A stretch of DNA of 64,000 bases from an uncultured Gammaproteobacteria bacterium (GTDB lineage: Bacteria > Pseudomonadota > Gammaproteobacteria > UBA9214), in contig CAVVHS010000003.1 of assembly GCA_963748215.1 (NCBI GenBank), positions 157,884 to 221,883 on the forward strand, written 5' to 3'. Position 1 is the stretch's first letter. Every line of letters begins with the position of its first letter. A program made the translations under genes and the position numbers. Below, piece by piece: positions 30,146 through 40,570 of the stretch. The notes beneath the pieces were generated by a model. It had not been told where the DNA came from. It saw nothing but the letters and a program-made list of their open reading frames with translations, and made no database searches.

Positions 30146-30376
30146 ATGTTTCTGCAACAAAAGCCGATACCCGGCTACTGGTACAGCAATCTGGCAGGCC
30201 AGCTGATCCAGGTACGCGCCATCGTGTTCTCGACGGGACGGCACAGCCGCATCATCCTGGAAGATATCAGTGGCAAGCGTCAGTCGGTGGATATGGACAG
30301 CTGGCGCGGCATGGACATGGTACTGCATTCGCCGGTGGTGGATCGCCACCGTGATGGTGCCGCACGCGATATCTAG
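30146..30376 (+). CDS. Small hypothetical protein, DUF6763-like
   Basis: AGGAGG RBS; PxxGxWY..G..DxxSW pattern shared with 48942-49223. Confidence 0.65.
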   Translation: MFLQQKPIPGYWYSNLAGQLIQVRAIVFSTGRHSRIILEDISGKRQSVDMDSWRGMDMVLHSPVVDRHRDGAARDI

Positions 30377-30394
30377 TTTCAGCCAGGCAAAAGC

Positions 30395-30430
30395 AAAGGC
30401 GCAGGGAGAGGTCCTCTCCCTGCGCCTTTT
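30395..30430. terminator. Bidirectional terminator between convergent genes
   Basis: AAAGGCGCAGGGAGAG-gtc-CTCTCCCTGCGCCTTTT. Confidence 0.85.
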
Positions 30431-30439
30431 ATCATCGTG

Positions 30440-30859
30440 CTACTGTCCCCAGCAGGTATCGGCGCTGGGCGCGGTGCCCGAGTAGCCCCGGACGCCCAGT
30501 GAGTTGATCGTCAGCTTTGTGCACTGCTTGTCCTTGGCCAGCTGGACGCCCTGAGGGTCGGCATCGAACGAATAGGCGGTTGCCGTTGCAGAAGCGGGGG
30601 CGGTGATGAGATAGAAGCCATCCTCTGAGGTACGGTTGTGGATACCGCGTAACGTCTCACAGTTGAGATAGCTCCCGTCGTTGTCAGAACGACAGCTCTC
30701 CATCTCCATCGCCGCGCGGTTGAGTGCGGCGATGCCATCGGCACGACGCGACTTCAACACCTGGTTGGTATAGCTCGGGTAGGCGATGGCCGTCAGGATG
30801 GCCATTATCACCAGCGCGATCATCAGCTCGATCAGCGAAAAACCGCGTTCCCGTTTCAT
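30440..30859 (-). CDS. pilE: Type IV minor pilin PilE
   Basis: GFSLIELMI..AYPSY..KSRRAD; C-terminal D..C..L..CW. Confidence 0.92.
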   Translation of the reverse strand: MKRERGFSLIELMIALVIMAILTAIAYPSYTNQVLKSRRADGIAALNRAAMEMESCRSDNDGSYLNCETLRGIHNRTSEDGFYLITAPASATATAYSFDADPQGVQLAKDKQCTKLTINSLGVRGYSGTAPSADTCWGQ

Positions 30860-30879
30860 GGGCATAGTCCCCGTACCGG

Positions 30880-33800
30880 TTAGTCTGTCCACGAAGTGCG
30901 CCTGATCGGGTTGAACAGGTCGATGTCATCAACCTTCTCCGGGCCAACCACCAGTATCGGATGATCATCATCGGTGAAGATCAACCGTGGCTCGGGCTGG
31001 ATACCGCCACGGACCAGGGTCTTGTAGCGATCGGTTGCCGTGAGACTGTTGAGCGAGCCCACCCCGTCGAGATTTTTGGTCGGTGTCGCATCGTACGCAT
31101 TGATGGCATACAGGCGACCGACACCCTGGCTGGGGGCGCAGGAATTCACCAGATTCGAATCCGGCTTGTAGGTGGTGAACAGCACCGTGCCGTCCACCGT
31201 CAGGGAATTTGCCAGGACCTTTTCACCAGCCTCCAGGTCGAGGCGCCAGCCACTGCTCGATGCCAGGTTCGGGCTCAGGTCAGTCGTAACATCCAGCAGG
31301 TCGGATTCATCCAGTGGCGAGCTGTAGCTCGACGGTGGTGAATAGACGTTGCCGATGAACAGCATGTGGAAGCGGTCCTGTGTAACCGTGCTGAGCGGAT
31401 GGGCACGGTAGCCGGAGCCGATGGCGACAGCATAGGTCACCACGCCGTTGACCTTGATCAGCGAGACGTCCGGCTTGACGTAGAAGCGGCGATGCTCATC
31501 GGTACCGGTTCCCGCCAGCTGGGCGACCACACCACCGTCAATAGTCGTGTTGCTGCCGCTGTTGTCGAAATCGAAACGCCATACCTGGCCACCCATGTCC
31601 ACGGCAAACATGATATCGGTGTAGCCGTCGGCATTGATGTCGCCTGTCATGACCGGTGCCGGTATGCTGTAGTCCATAGCGTTTGACGTCAGGTTCGCAC
31701 CTGAACCGCTTTCGCCGGCCCACCACAGGCGTGCGCCGGTGTCCGCGTCGACCATGTAGACGGCGTTGCCGACGCTGTCGTTGGTCGCGGTCTCGGTATC
31801 CTGGTTGGTATCGTACCCGCCGCCGAAGATCAGGACGGTGCGCTTGTTGCCGCTGCTCTTGATGCGTGCGAGTTGCATCTTTGACCAGGTCTGGCCCAGC
31901 TGGGTAAAGTTGCCGGTGCCGCCCTGGATCATCCATTTCAACTCAGGTGTACTGCGGTCGGTGACGTCCAGTGCGTAGTAGTTGCTACCGCCACGGCGCA
32001 TGCCGACGTAGAGGTAGGCATGCTCACCGGTTTCCGTATTGCCGCTGCTGTCTTCCAGCACGCCGTTGTTATTCACGTCGTTTGCCCAGACGGTCAGCGG
32101 GCCGTCCAGACCGTACGGATGGCTGTTGGCACCACTGTTGTTGTACAGGATGTCCAGGTTCGGCAGGAGCTCCTGCGGTATGAAGGAAAACAGTTCGCTG
32201 CCATCCGTGGTATCGATGGCATGCAACACGCCTTCATTGGTCGCAATGAAGAGGGCGATGTCCGGATTGGCATCGGTGCCGCCGTAGTTGACGACCACCG
32301 GATTGCTGTGCAGCGGGTCACCCATCTGGCGCCGTGCATCCGTCGTGCTGCCATCCTCGTCGATATCGAACAGGTCGACACCGCGCGCCCATTGCAGCAG
32401 GTCGTTGCGGTAGGTGCTGGTCATGCTTGGATTGCCCAGCATGGTTGCGGTCACCGCCGAATTAGACTCGTGAAACTGATTGGCTGTTGCAGTCAGGTCC
32501 TCGTCGTTCGGCGCGGTGGTACCGGAGTAGGTGTACATATTGCGCGTCAGTGCCAGCTCGCCCGCGGCGCCACCCTTTTGAACGTCATCGCCGTCCGGTG
32601 CATCGGGACCCGAGGTCCAGAAGCTGGCCGATGAGGTAGAGAAGAAGCCGGTGGTGGCGTCGACCGCGGCGGCGCCGGTGGCATCGGTGATGATCGGCGG
32701 AGTGCCGGCGAGCTTGTATTGTTTCATGTTGCCGGACCACTGCGGGTATTTCTCCGGGCGGAACAGGGCAAAGTACAGCTCCTCGCGGTGGGTCAGGCGG
32801 TTGAAGGCATTCACCGGTACCGCCGGCGCCACGAAGGTGGTATTCACCGCCAGGATGTCGGAGATGATCTGGGTAAAGGCGGTGGTGAGCTGGACGGTGT
32901 CGTCAGCGGTGTAGTACTTGCCGCCACCCTTGTTGGCCGCGTCCTGCAGCAACTTCTGGTTGGTGGCGAAACCGATGGTGTAGGTGGAGACGTTCTGCAC
33001 GTCATCCAGGTCGGTGCGCTGGTCATAGTCGAACAGGTACTGGGCCACCTCATCAAGGCAGTCTTCAATAGCATTTGGGTCGCTATCGTCGAAAGCACAA
33101 CTTCCCGCCGTGGCCGCAAAATCCGGCAGGGCCGCGATATCGGCGTCAGCACTGTCGTCATAGGTCGGGTCGCCGTCGGTCAGCAGCACGATATAGTTTT
33201 GCTGGCACTGGTACTCAATCGGGCTTGCATACAGTGTGCTGTCGGATGGATCCAGAACGCCACTGTGGTTGGTGCCCGGTGTGGTGCTGTTGCCGAACTT
33301 GACATTCTCGCCGCGGAAATAACGTGCCGCCTCATAGAGGGTCTCTGCCAGCGGTGTGTAGCCGTCTGCCGTCATGCCGTTGGCCGCGGCCTTGAACGTC
33401 GGGCGTGAGCTGCTGTCCAGTATTTGCATGGGCAGCAGGAAATAGCCGCCCTTATTCTGGCTCTGGCTCTTGTCATCGAAGCGCATCAGGCCGGCATTGA
33501 TGCCCGAGGTGCTGTCGACCAGGTCGCCGAATACGTCCTGGACGATCTTCAGCCGTTTCTCGAGCGTGGCAACGCCGGTTGAGTTGATCCAGTTCAGGTA
33601 GTTGGCGGAATACAGCGTGTAGACACTACCGGTCGAATTCCAGTTAATCGCATTGGTGGCGGTGGTGTTATACGGACCGCCATCATTCTGGTCGGCCGGG
33701 TAGTTGCCGCTGGCGCCCCCGTCACCGTGCACGCTATAGTCGGCCTTGCAATCGATGATCTCGGAATGGTCGCTTTCGCTCAGGTTTTGCCAGCGATCCT

Positions 33801-34233
33801 CGCCCCACCTGATATTGTAGCGCGCCAGGGTGCCGGTGTAGCGCCCCGGGCCACTCGATGACAATGCCGCGAATGAATCAGCGCAATTATTCGAGCTGGT
33901 ATCGATGTAGCCACGTCTGTTTGTGCCTGCAGTTGATGGCGGGCAAGTGGGCGCAACACCGTTGTCGGCTGCCGAGGCCCAGTAGACGTAGCTTGCATTG
34001 CAGGCGCCGGTATAGGTGGTAGCGGGATCGTAGTTGCCCGTCGTGAGCTGAACGTCGGTATCCATACTGCCCGAGGTGTCGATGATGAACAGCACATTCG
34101 GTCGTATATTGGTCGTGAAGGCGAGATCACCGAGATAGACCTCGGTATCGTCCGCCAGCAGCGGGAATCCTGTGATTGCCGAGACGATAAACGTCAGCAA
34201 CATCGCCCTTGACTTGATTGTGAACGTAAACAT
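30880..34233 (-). CDS. pilY1: PilY1/PilC pilus-tip adhesin with vWA domain
   Basis: PNVLFIIDTSGSM, TPLAETLYEA, LLTDG, GDPLHS, GQTWS, GSGYRAHP. Confidence 0.93.
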   Translation of the reverse strand: MFTFTIKSRAMLLTFIVSAITGFPLLADDTEVYLGDLAFTTNIRPNVLFIIDTSGSMDTDVQLTTGNYDPATTYTGACNASYVYWASAADNGVAPTCPPSTAGTNRRGYIDTSSNNCADSFAALSSSGPGRYTGTLARYNIRWGEDRWQNLSESDHSEIIDCKADYSVHGDGGASGNYPADQNDGGPYNTTATNAINWNSTGSVYTLYSANYLNWINSTGVATLEKRLKIVQDVFGDLVDSTSGINAGLMRFDDKSQSQNKGGYFLLPMQILDSSSRPTFKAAANGMTADGYTPLAETLYEAARYFRGENVKFGNSTTPGTNHSGVLDPSDSTLYASPIEYQCQQNYIVLLTDGDPTYDDSADADIAALPDFAATAGSCAFDDSDPNAIEDCLDEVAQYLFDYDQRTDLDDVQNVSTYTIGFATNQKLLQDAANKGGGKYYTADDTVQLTTAFTQIISDILAVNTTFVAPAVPVNAFNRLTHREELYFALFRPEKYPQWSGNMKQYKLAGTPPIITDATGAAAVDATTGFFSTSSASFWTSGPDAPDGDDVQKGGAAGELALTRNMYTYSGTTAPNDEDLTATANQFHESNSAVTATMLGNPSMTSTYRNDLLQWARGVDLFDIDEDGSTTDARRQMGDPLHSNPVVVNYGGTDANPDIALFIATNEGVLHAIDTTDGSELFSFIPQELLPNLDILYNNSGANSHPYGLDGPLTVWANDVNNNGVLEDSSGNTETGEHAYLYVGMRRGGSNYYALDVTDRSTPELKWMIQGGTGNFTQLGQTWSKMQLARIKSSGNKRTVLIFGGGYDTNQDTETATNDSVGNAVYMVDADTGARLWWAGESGSGANLTSNAMDYSIPAPVMTGDINADGYTDIMFAVDMGGQVWRFDFDNSGSNTTIDGGVVAQLAGTGTDEHRRFYVKPDVSLIKVNGVVTYAVAIGSGYRAHPLSTVTQDRFHMLFIGNVYSPPSSYSSPLDESDLLDVTTDLSPNLASSSGWRLDLEAGEKVLANSLTVDGTVLFTTYKPDSNLVNSCAPSQGVGRLYAINAYDATPTKNLDGVGSLNSLTATDRYKTLVRGGIQPEPRLIFTDDDHPILVVGPEKVDDIDLFNPIRRTSWTD

Positions 34234-34269
34234 GGCCAATTCCCTCTTCTTTGATCCTGTAGCCTTTGA

Positions 34270-34584
34270 CTAGAGTTTCAGGCGCGCAACATGGTTGGTC
34301 TTGATGTCGTAGATGACAATACCGCCGGACCAGTGTTTTTCTATACGCTTGCTGACCTTGACCGGTTTACCGTCTACCGTGACCGCCGTGTTGCGGTCGA
34401 TGTCCAGGCGGGTGAACGGGCAGGAGGCGCAACTGCGTGCCAGCACGTAGCCATCCCCGCTGCTATGAACCATGACCTTGATATCGTGCGCTTCAATGGC
34501 TTCCTGTACTGCGATCAGTTCCGCATGCAGGCCCATGCACCACAGCAGAGCTGTGGCAAGGCCGAATATTTTCAGGGATTTCAT
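34270..34584 (-). CDS. Small secreted protein with CxxC between pilX and pilY1
   Basis: AGGAGG RBS, signal peptide (LHA), SCASCP. Confidence 0.75.
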   Translation of the reverse strand: MKSLKIFGLATALLWCMGLHAELIAVQEAIEAHDIKVMVHSSGDGYVLARSCASCPFTRLDIDRNTAVTVDGKPVKVSKRIEKHWSGGIVIYDIKTNHVARLKL

Positions 34585-34678
34585 AGCGATCCTCCTTGCT
34601 GCATCGCAGTGCCGGTAATACCGAGGGTACTCGCCGGCATGTTAAAAATAGTGTTGGTTATCACAATTCTGTTCTTCC

Positions 34679-35170
34679 TTATTCCAGGTAGGGCGAGATC
34701 TTGCTGGCCGTCTGGACATGGGTGTCCGCGGCATTGATTGATGCGATCGCGCCATCGGCAGTGATCGTGAAAGGGTAGGCCACGAATTCACCTATCGAGT
34801 AGCCTATCGGTATGGTTGGTGTGCCAACCTCAATGGTTGCGCTGCTGGTGACGGGCTGGGCCGAGGAACCCTGTGTCAGGGCATAACTGCGTGTCGGCCA
34901 CGTACCGCTGGTCGGTGTGTTGATGGCGTCCACAAAAGCGGTACTGTCAGCGAGCGTGCCCTCAATCGCGGATTCGGCAGCCTGAAATACCAGCATGTGA
35001 TACTGATTGTTGGTGGCCATGTTTTTTTCCATGACCACCGAGCGCACGCCGCTGACACCGATTATGGCGATTACCACCAGTATCATCAGGCCGATGAACA
35101 GCGCGGCACCATCCTGCCTGTTGCGTGACGGCATGCCTGTGTGAGTGCATTTGAAATGGACGCTGTTCAT
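34679..35170 (-). CDS. pilX: Minor pilin PilX
   Basis: QDGAALFIGL..EKNMATN..FQAAESA. Confidence 0.9.
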   Translation of the reverse strand: MNSVHFKCTHTGMPSRNRQDGAALFIGLMILVVIAIIGVSGVRSVVMEKNMATNNQYHMLVFQAAESAIEGTLADSTAFVDAINTPTSGTWPTRSYALTQGSSAQPVTSSATIEVGTPTIPIGYSIGEFVAYPFTITADGAIASINAADTHVQTASKISPYLE

Positions 35171-35175
35171 GTTTG

Positions 35176-35904
35176 CTACATCCTGTTTCTGATCACGGTG
35201 GTCGTGCTGTAGGCGCGCCGCCGCAGACGGTCGCCTGCCGCAGCGTTCGCGGTTTGCCCGATGAGGGAAAAGCTGGCCGAGTCATTGGTCGTAGCGATGA
35301 CGTTCTGTGAGTTCACCACAATACCGATCTTGGCGCTGACCAGGTTGGCCCAGTTGGCGACATTGCCGGCCACGACGTAACGGGTGGCATTGGGGATGCC
35401 GTCCGTTGGGTCGTTGTCTTCGCCATAGAGTATCTGCAGGTTCTCGATGCCAGCGACGACGACGGCAGCCGCACCGATGGCGGAATCGTCTTCGGCGCGA
35501 GGCTGGCACATCAGGTTACTGGTGCCCGCCACTACCTGGACGAAGTACTGGTTTTTGGCGTACTGCTGTCCATCTGCGTAAACGGGCGCGGCGTTGCCCA
35601 GGCAATCAACAGTTGACCGATAATGCACGGTGAACGTGTCGCTGTTTCCGCCGCCGCCATCCGTGCTCAGCGCGGAGACAAAGGTGTCAATGACATCTTC
35701 CTGGGGAAAGCCTGAGATCATTATCTCCCTCGTCAACAGGTCAAGGGTGGCGCGCCCGGTTGCCTGCATGAGGGACATTCCGCTGGTCATGCGGTAACCC
35801 TGCTTGGTGCTGAGAAATACGCTCATCGTCCCTGCGATCAGCAACAGGCCGATCACGATCGCGATCATCATTTCAACCAGTGTAAAACCTTTCTGACGCA
35901 TCAT
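35176..35904 (-). CDS. pilW: Minor pilin PilW
   Basis: GFTLVEMMIA..GIENLQILYGED..RN. Confidence 0.92.
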   Translation of the reverse strand: MMRQKGFTLVEMMIAIVIGLLLIAGTMSVFLSTKQGYRMTSGMSLMQATGRATLDLLTREIMISGFPQEDVIDTFVSALSTDGGGGNSDTFTVHYRSTVDCLGNAAPVYADGQQYAKNQYFVQVVAGTSNLMCQPRAEDDSAIGAAAVVVAGIENLQILYGEDNDPTDGIPNATRYVVAGNVANWANLVSAKIGIVVNSQNVIATTNDSASFSLIGQTANAAAGDRLRRRAYSTTTVIRNRM

Positions 35905-35910
35905 GATTGC

Positions 35911-36399
35911 CTATGGTATCAAGGTTGTCGCGACAGACCTGGGCTGCACGGCGCCATCTTCGTCGAGACCGTTCCAGCTGACCGCGACCGAGTAGATCCC
36001 GGCTGCCGAGCTTACCGCGACGCTGCCGCCCGGCAGTGTCGCCGTGACTTCACAAAACCAGTCGAAGGCATCTTCATCGGCCATTTCGGACGAGGTGCAA
36101 TCCGCGGCGGCGCCCGCCGTCCCCTCGCTGCAGATCTTGGCCGGTGCCCCGGTGCAGTCGATCGCAGCGTAATTGATGCCCGCGTAGTAATCGCTGGTAA
36201 CGGATGGCCGGTTGGCGCGCATGCGCTCGATCATGTCATTGGCGAGAAAGGTTGCCTCGGTCTGTAAATGGGCGTCGGTGCCCGCGCGAACGCTCAGCGC
36301 CTGTATCTTGGAGTGTCCCAGCAGGCCGATGGACAGCACGATGAGTGCAATCAGCACTTCAAGCAAGGAGAACCCCGTCTGTTGTCTTGAATGTTTCAT
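35911..36399 (-). CDS. pilV: Minor pilin PilV
   Basis: GFSLLEVLIAL..IGLLG..DMIERMRAN. Confidence 0.92.
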   Translation of the reverse strand: MKHSRQQTGFSLLEVLIALIVLSIGLLGHSKIQALSVRAGTDAHLQTEATFLANDMIERMRANRPSVTSDYYAGINYAAIDCTGAPAKICSEGTAGAAADCTSSEMADEDAFDWFCEVTATLPGGSVAVSSAAGIYSVAVSWNGLDEDGAVQPRSVATTLIP

Positions 36400-36407
36400 A
36401 CTGTTTC

Positions 36408-36941
36408 TCACGGACATCCGGGGCCGGGTTTTGACGATGTGATAATACCCACCAGGCTTACATTTACGCTGGCTGACTTGCTAACGCCACGGTCATCACA
36501 ATAGGTAATACTGCCACCGCCAGTTGCCCGCCCGGTCGGAGCAAAATTTACCCCGGTTGTGATGCCGGTTGCCCGCAGGCTGGCACCCGTGGTGGTGACA
36601 CCGGAGTGAACACGCAGAATCCTTTCACCGCCATCGACAACCGGCGGGCTGTCAGCGTCGGTATTTAGAAATACAATCCAGCCATTGTCGTAAATTGCAC
36701 CTGAACATGCTATCCATGGCGTCGAGCTGGGGCAAAATCCAACGGTCGCATTACTCTTGGTTGCCTCGCTTCTGGCCAGGTTCAGGCCGCTGACCAGCTC
36801 GTTGAGCTGGGTGATACGCCGGTTGTCCTTCTGAAAATTCAGGAAACTTGGCACGGCGACCACCAGCAAAATCACACCCACGACCAGTGTAATCATGAGT
36901 TCGATCAGGGTGAATCCCGCTTGTGTATTAGTACGCTGCAT
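36408..36941 (-). CDS. fimT: GspH/FimT-family pilin
   Basis: GFTLIELMI..AVPSF..LNLARSEA..GWIVF. Confidence 0.88.
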   Translation of the reverse strand: MQRTNTQAGFTLIELMITLVVGVILLVVAVPSFLNFQKDNRRITQLNELVSGLNLARSEATKSNATVGFCPSSTPWIACSGAIYDNGWIVFLNTDADSPPVVDGGERILRVHSGVTTTGASLRATGITTGVNFAPTGRATGGGSITYCDDRGVSKSASVNVSLVGIITSSKPGPGCP

Positions 36942-37494
36942 ATTCGACTTCATCCATGCCGCTGACTCGGGCTGTCCACACCGAGGTAAAGACAAACACC
37001 ATGTGCATTACTAGATCAGCCTTCATGCGAGTTGTCAATGATAACTCTAAATAAAACAATAATATATAAACAAATAAAGCCGTCGCATGATGCATGTAGC
37101 CCCGCGTACCGCATAGTATCGGCAGCGCCTGCGAAAATCTTGAAGCTATTATAAACAAGCAGATGAAAATTCGGTGAAACGCGTCGGGTTCTGATCATGC
37201 CGGGTATGATTTGTGTAGCTATGGATGCGTCGACAAGGACGGCGGGGCTCAGATTTGCTGCAGCAGGCAGGTTATCGGCTCGTATGGTGGCTGGGCGCAC
37301 GCGCAGATTGATTGCGAAACAACACGATTTTCTGAAAAAATCAGATGGTATTCAAAAGTTACATATATATTACGGGTTAATTCTGTGCGAGATCGTTTGG
37401 ATGGCGAGTGGCGGCCTCTACCTGGTTGAGTCTTGAGTGCACGTCAATGGCGCCTAGACCGGCTCCCGATTCGCCTGCCAGGCGAATACGGCAG

Positions 37495-38063
37495 GTGCGG
37501 TGAATATTCAGCATCGGTACCCGCGAATGTGCAAGGCAAAGGGCCGCTCTATCGGCTGCCGGTAGTCTGCCGCACCCGTGCCGATTCTGCGCAGGCAGCT
37601 ACTACCACGTCCTGTGCTGGTCAATCCAGGCTGCTCTCAGAGGGGCGGCGCAGCAGCGCGCGATTAGTGCGATGCGCTGGCAGCCCAGGTCGCGTAGGTA
37701 TCGAATGTCGGCATCAGTGGCAAGTAGTCATAAATATGTCGGATTAATTCCAAAACCGGCATCCGCAGCACCAGCGTCTGGCTGAAGTCTGATTCGTAAC
37801 GGGTGGCTACCGCGACCATGCAGGATTACCGCTGCGCCAGGCGCCTGATTCCACTCCGGCCGGGTGTGAATGGCCAGCAACTGTTGGTTATCGGCTTCGA
37901 GGTAACCGGGCTCGCCGCCCAGGATCGCATCGATAATCTGTTCAGACAGACGCCGCCCGAATGCCGGTTTGGATGCTCGCCTGTTGAGCGATGCCAGCAG
38001 GGTGCGGCTGGTGAATATAATAGTCGCAACCGGAAGCCGGGAAAGGATATTATTGAGTTTCAT
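37495..38063 (-). pseudogene. Decayed DUF3530-like alpha/beta-hydrolase
   Basis: Collinear fragments in shifting frames: EQIIDAILGGE, AVILHGRGSHP, TLVLRMPVL, YDYLPLMP, IRYLRDLGCQRIALIA, IGTGAADYRQP..PF, VPMLNI; 3' end approximate. Confidence 0.6.
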
Positions 38064-38176
38064 AGAGTTTGTCGCTATGCGGCTGCGGGGGAACGGGTGA
38101 TTCCGATGCTCCGGGTATATCAGGCTGCCGTGTTTGCCACATTCAGACCCTCTGGTTGTTAACAGATAGATGGACA

Positions 38177-39895
38177 ATGTATCTCAAGCATTTTGATTTG
38201 AGTGAGCGGCCGTTTTCGATAACGCCCGATCCCCGCTTCTTGTATATGAGTGCGCGGCACCGCGAAGCGCTGGCGCATCTATTGTATGGACTCGGTGAGG
38301 GTGGCGGGTTCGTACAGCTGACCGGTGAGGTGGGTACGGGCAAGACCACCATCTGCCGTTGCCTGCTGGAACAGGTGCCTGAGAACGTCGACATCGCCAT
38401 GGTCCTGAATCCAAAGGTGACGGCCACGGAGCTGATTGCCACGGTCTGTGATGAGCTGGGTATCAGTTATCCGGCTGAATCCAGCAGCGTCAAGACACTG
38501 GTAGATATACTCAATCGATACCTGCTCGACGCCTTTGCCCGTGGTCGACGTATCGTGCTGATCATTGACGAGGCTCAGAACCTGTCGGCCGACGTGCTAG
38601 AACAGGTGCGGCTGCTGACCAACCTGGAGACGGCGACACAGAAACTCCTGCAGATTATCCTGATCGGGCAGCCAGAGCTGCGCAAGTTTCTGGCGCGTGA
38701 GGACATGCGGCAACTCTCCCAGCGTGTTACCGCCCGCTACCATCTCGAACCGATCTCGCGGGATGAGGCGGATGCCTATATTCGCCATCGCTTGCAGATC
38801 TGCGGAGCATCGAAAACCATTTTTGACAAACGGTCGGTTGACCGGATTCATGAACTCTCGGGTGGGATACCCCGGCTGATCAATGTACTTTGCGACCGTG
38901 CCTTGCTGGGTGCCTACGTGGAAGGCAGCTCACAGGTGGACAGCAAGATCGTGCGCAAGGCGGCCCGTGAGGTGCTGGCTGAAGAATCCGGCGATTCCGC
39001 CACATCCTGGTGGCTGCCGGCATTTGCCGGCAGCCTGTTCCTGGCGGTTTTAGGAGTCCTTGCCTGGCAGTACCTGCCCTGGCAGGCCGCCAGCGAATCT
39101 GCCCTGTCACCCGCAACCGGCAGGGCTGATCTCGCACCGGAAAGCGTGGCAATGGCGGCGGCGGTTGCCGCTGCGGGGCTTGCACCGGTAGAGGCGGTGG
39201 AGCAGCCCGTGTCAACCGCGACTTTAACCAGGGAGCTGCCGCAAAACAATACGGTACAGCCCGCCGCCACGCTGGACTCCCTGCTCGAATCGGCGGATGG
39301 TTCCTGGTATCGCGCTGCCTGGACCGGGTTGCTGGCGGCATGGGCGGTCGATCTGCCCGCGAGTGTGAAGCCCGATTTTTGTGACTTCGCTCGGCAATAC
39401 GGCCTGCTGTGCCTTGAGGAACAGGGTAACTGGAACAGCTTGAGGCAATTCAACCGCCCTGCAATATTGAGGCTCACTGCCCCCGATGGTGGCCGGATCC
39501 CGGTATTTCTGAGGCATCTCGATGGATCCGAAGTGGAACTCGTGATGGGGAATGCGCTGTATCGTACTAGCGTCGAGCAGGTGGACCGTTACTGGTACGG
39601 AGATTATACCCTGTTGTTACAGGCCACACCGACCGGCCGTCTGTATCTGAGAATGGGCGACCGTAGCCCGGATGTGAACTGGCTGCGGCAGCAGCTGGAA
39701 ATTGCGCAGGGGACCACGATTCCGGCTGCCGATGTCAATGTGTTCGATTTTGCGCTGCAAAAGCAGGTGCTGGAATTCCAGCGCAGCCGCGGTCTGATCG
39801 CCGATGGTATTGTCGGAACAAACACCCTGATACATCTGAACTCCAGCGCCGGACGGGAGGGCGTGCCGTTTTTACAACGGGTACGCGCGGACTGA
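38177..39895 (+). CDS. exeA: ExeA/GspA AAA ATPase with peptidoglycan-binding domain
   Basis: PFSITPDPRFLY, GEVGTGKT, IIDEAQNL, FQRSRGLIADGIVG. Confidence 0.93.
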   Translation: MYLKHFDLSERPFSITPDPRFLYMSARHREALAHLLYGLGEGGGFVQLTGEVGTGKTTICRCLLEQVPENVDIAMVLNPKVTATELIATVCDELGISYPAESSSVKTLVDILNRYLLDAFARGRRIVLIIDEAQNLSADVLEQVRLLTNLETATQKLLQIILIGQPELRKFLAREDMRQLSQRVTARYHLEPISRDEADAYIRHRLQICGASKTIFDKRSVDRIHELSGGIPRLINVLCDRALLGAYVEGSSQVDSKIVRKAAREVLAEESGDSATSWWLPAFAGSLFLAVLGVLAWQYLPWQAASESALSPATGRADLAPESVAMAAAVAAAGLAPVEAVEQPVSTATLTRELPQNNTVQPAATLDSLLESADGSWYRAAWTGLLAAWAVDLPASVKPDFCDFARQYGLLCLEEQGNWNSLRQFNRPAILRLTAPDGGRIPVFLRHLDGSEVELVMGNALYRTSVEQVDRYWYGDYTLLLQATPTGRLYLRMGDRSPDVNWLRQQLEIAQGTTIPAADVNVFDFALQKQVLEFQRSRGLIADGIVGTNTLIHLNSSAGREGVPFLQRVRAD

Positions 39896-39898
39896 CAC

Positions 39899-40570
39899 AT
39901 GTCCTATATCCTTGATGCACTTAAGAAGGCCGATCGCGAACGAAACCTGGGCGATGTGCCCGATCTCGAGGCCGCGCACTGGGGCGTACGCAGGATCTCC
40001 AGTGCAGGTCGCTGGCCGTGGGTGGTTGCGGCGCTGCTGTTGTTCAATGCTGCCCTGCTCCTGTACCTGTTTGGGCGCGATACATCCGGGATTTCCGGTC
40101 AGGCGGAGACGGTCGACCATGCGTCGTCTGATGCGCCGGCACGAATCACGCAAGCAGCCACGGAATCGTTGCAGCGGCTGGACAAGCCGGTGCCCGAGAC
40201 GCCGCGCGAAAAGCGACCGAAGGTGCAGCTTCCGCCACCTGCTGTTGTTACTGCGCAGCCGGACCGGGCGGTTGCCAGGCCGGACCGGGCGCCGCAGGTG
40301 GTCAAGTCAGCGGCGCCCTTGTCAGCCGGTGAGGCTGATTCGCAGTTGCCGGAGTGGAGTGAGCTGCCGATCGAGTTTCGCAGCGGTTTCGCGCTGCCAC
40401 ACATCGATGTCCATGTTTACTCCGAGGAACCTGCCCGGCGCTTTGTACTGATCGATCTGAAGAAGTACCGCGAAGGCGATACGCTGAGCACTGGCGCGGT
40501 ACTGGAAAAGATCGGGGCCGGCAGCATTCAGCTGTTTTACCAGGGAATGCGGTTTCGGGTTGACCGCTAG
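39899..40570 (+). CDS. gspB: ExeB/GspB
   Basis: MSYILDALKKADRER..HVYSEEPARRF..REGD. Confidence 0.9.
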   Translation: MSYILDALKKADRERNLGDVPDLEAAHWGVRRISSAGRWPWVVAALLLFNAALLLYLFGRDTSGISGQAETVDHASSDAPARITQAATESLQRLDKPVPETPREKRPKVQLPPPAVVTAQPDRAVARPDRAPQVVKSAAPLSAGEADSQLPEWSELPIEFRSGFALPHIDVHVYSEEPARRFVLIDLKKYREGDTLSTGAVLEKIGAGSIQLFYQGMRFRVDR

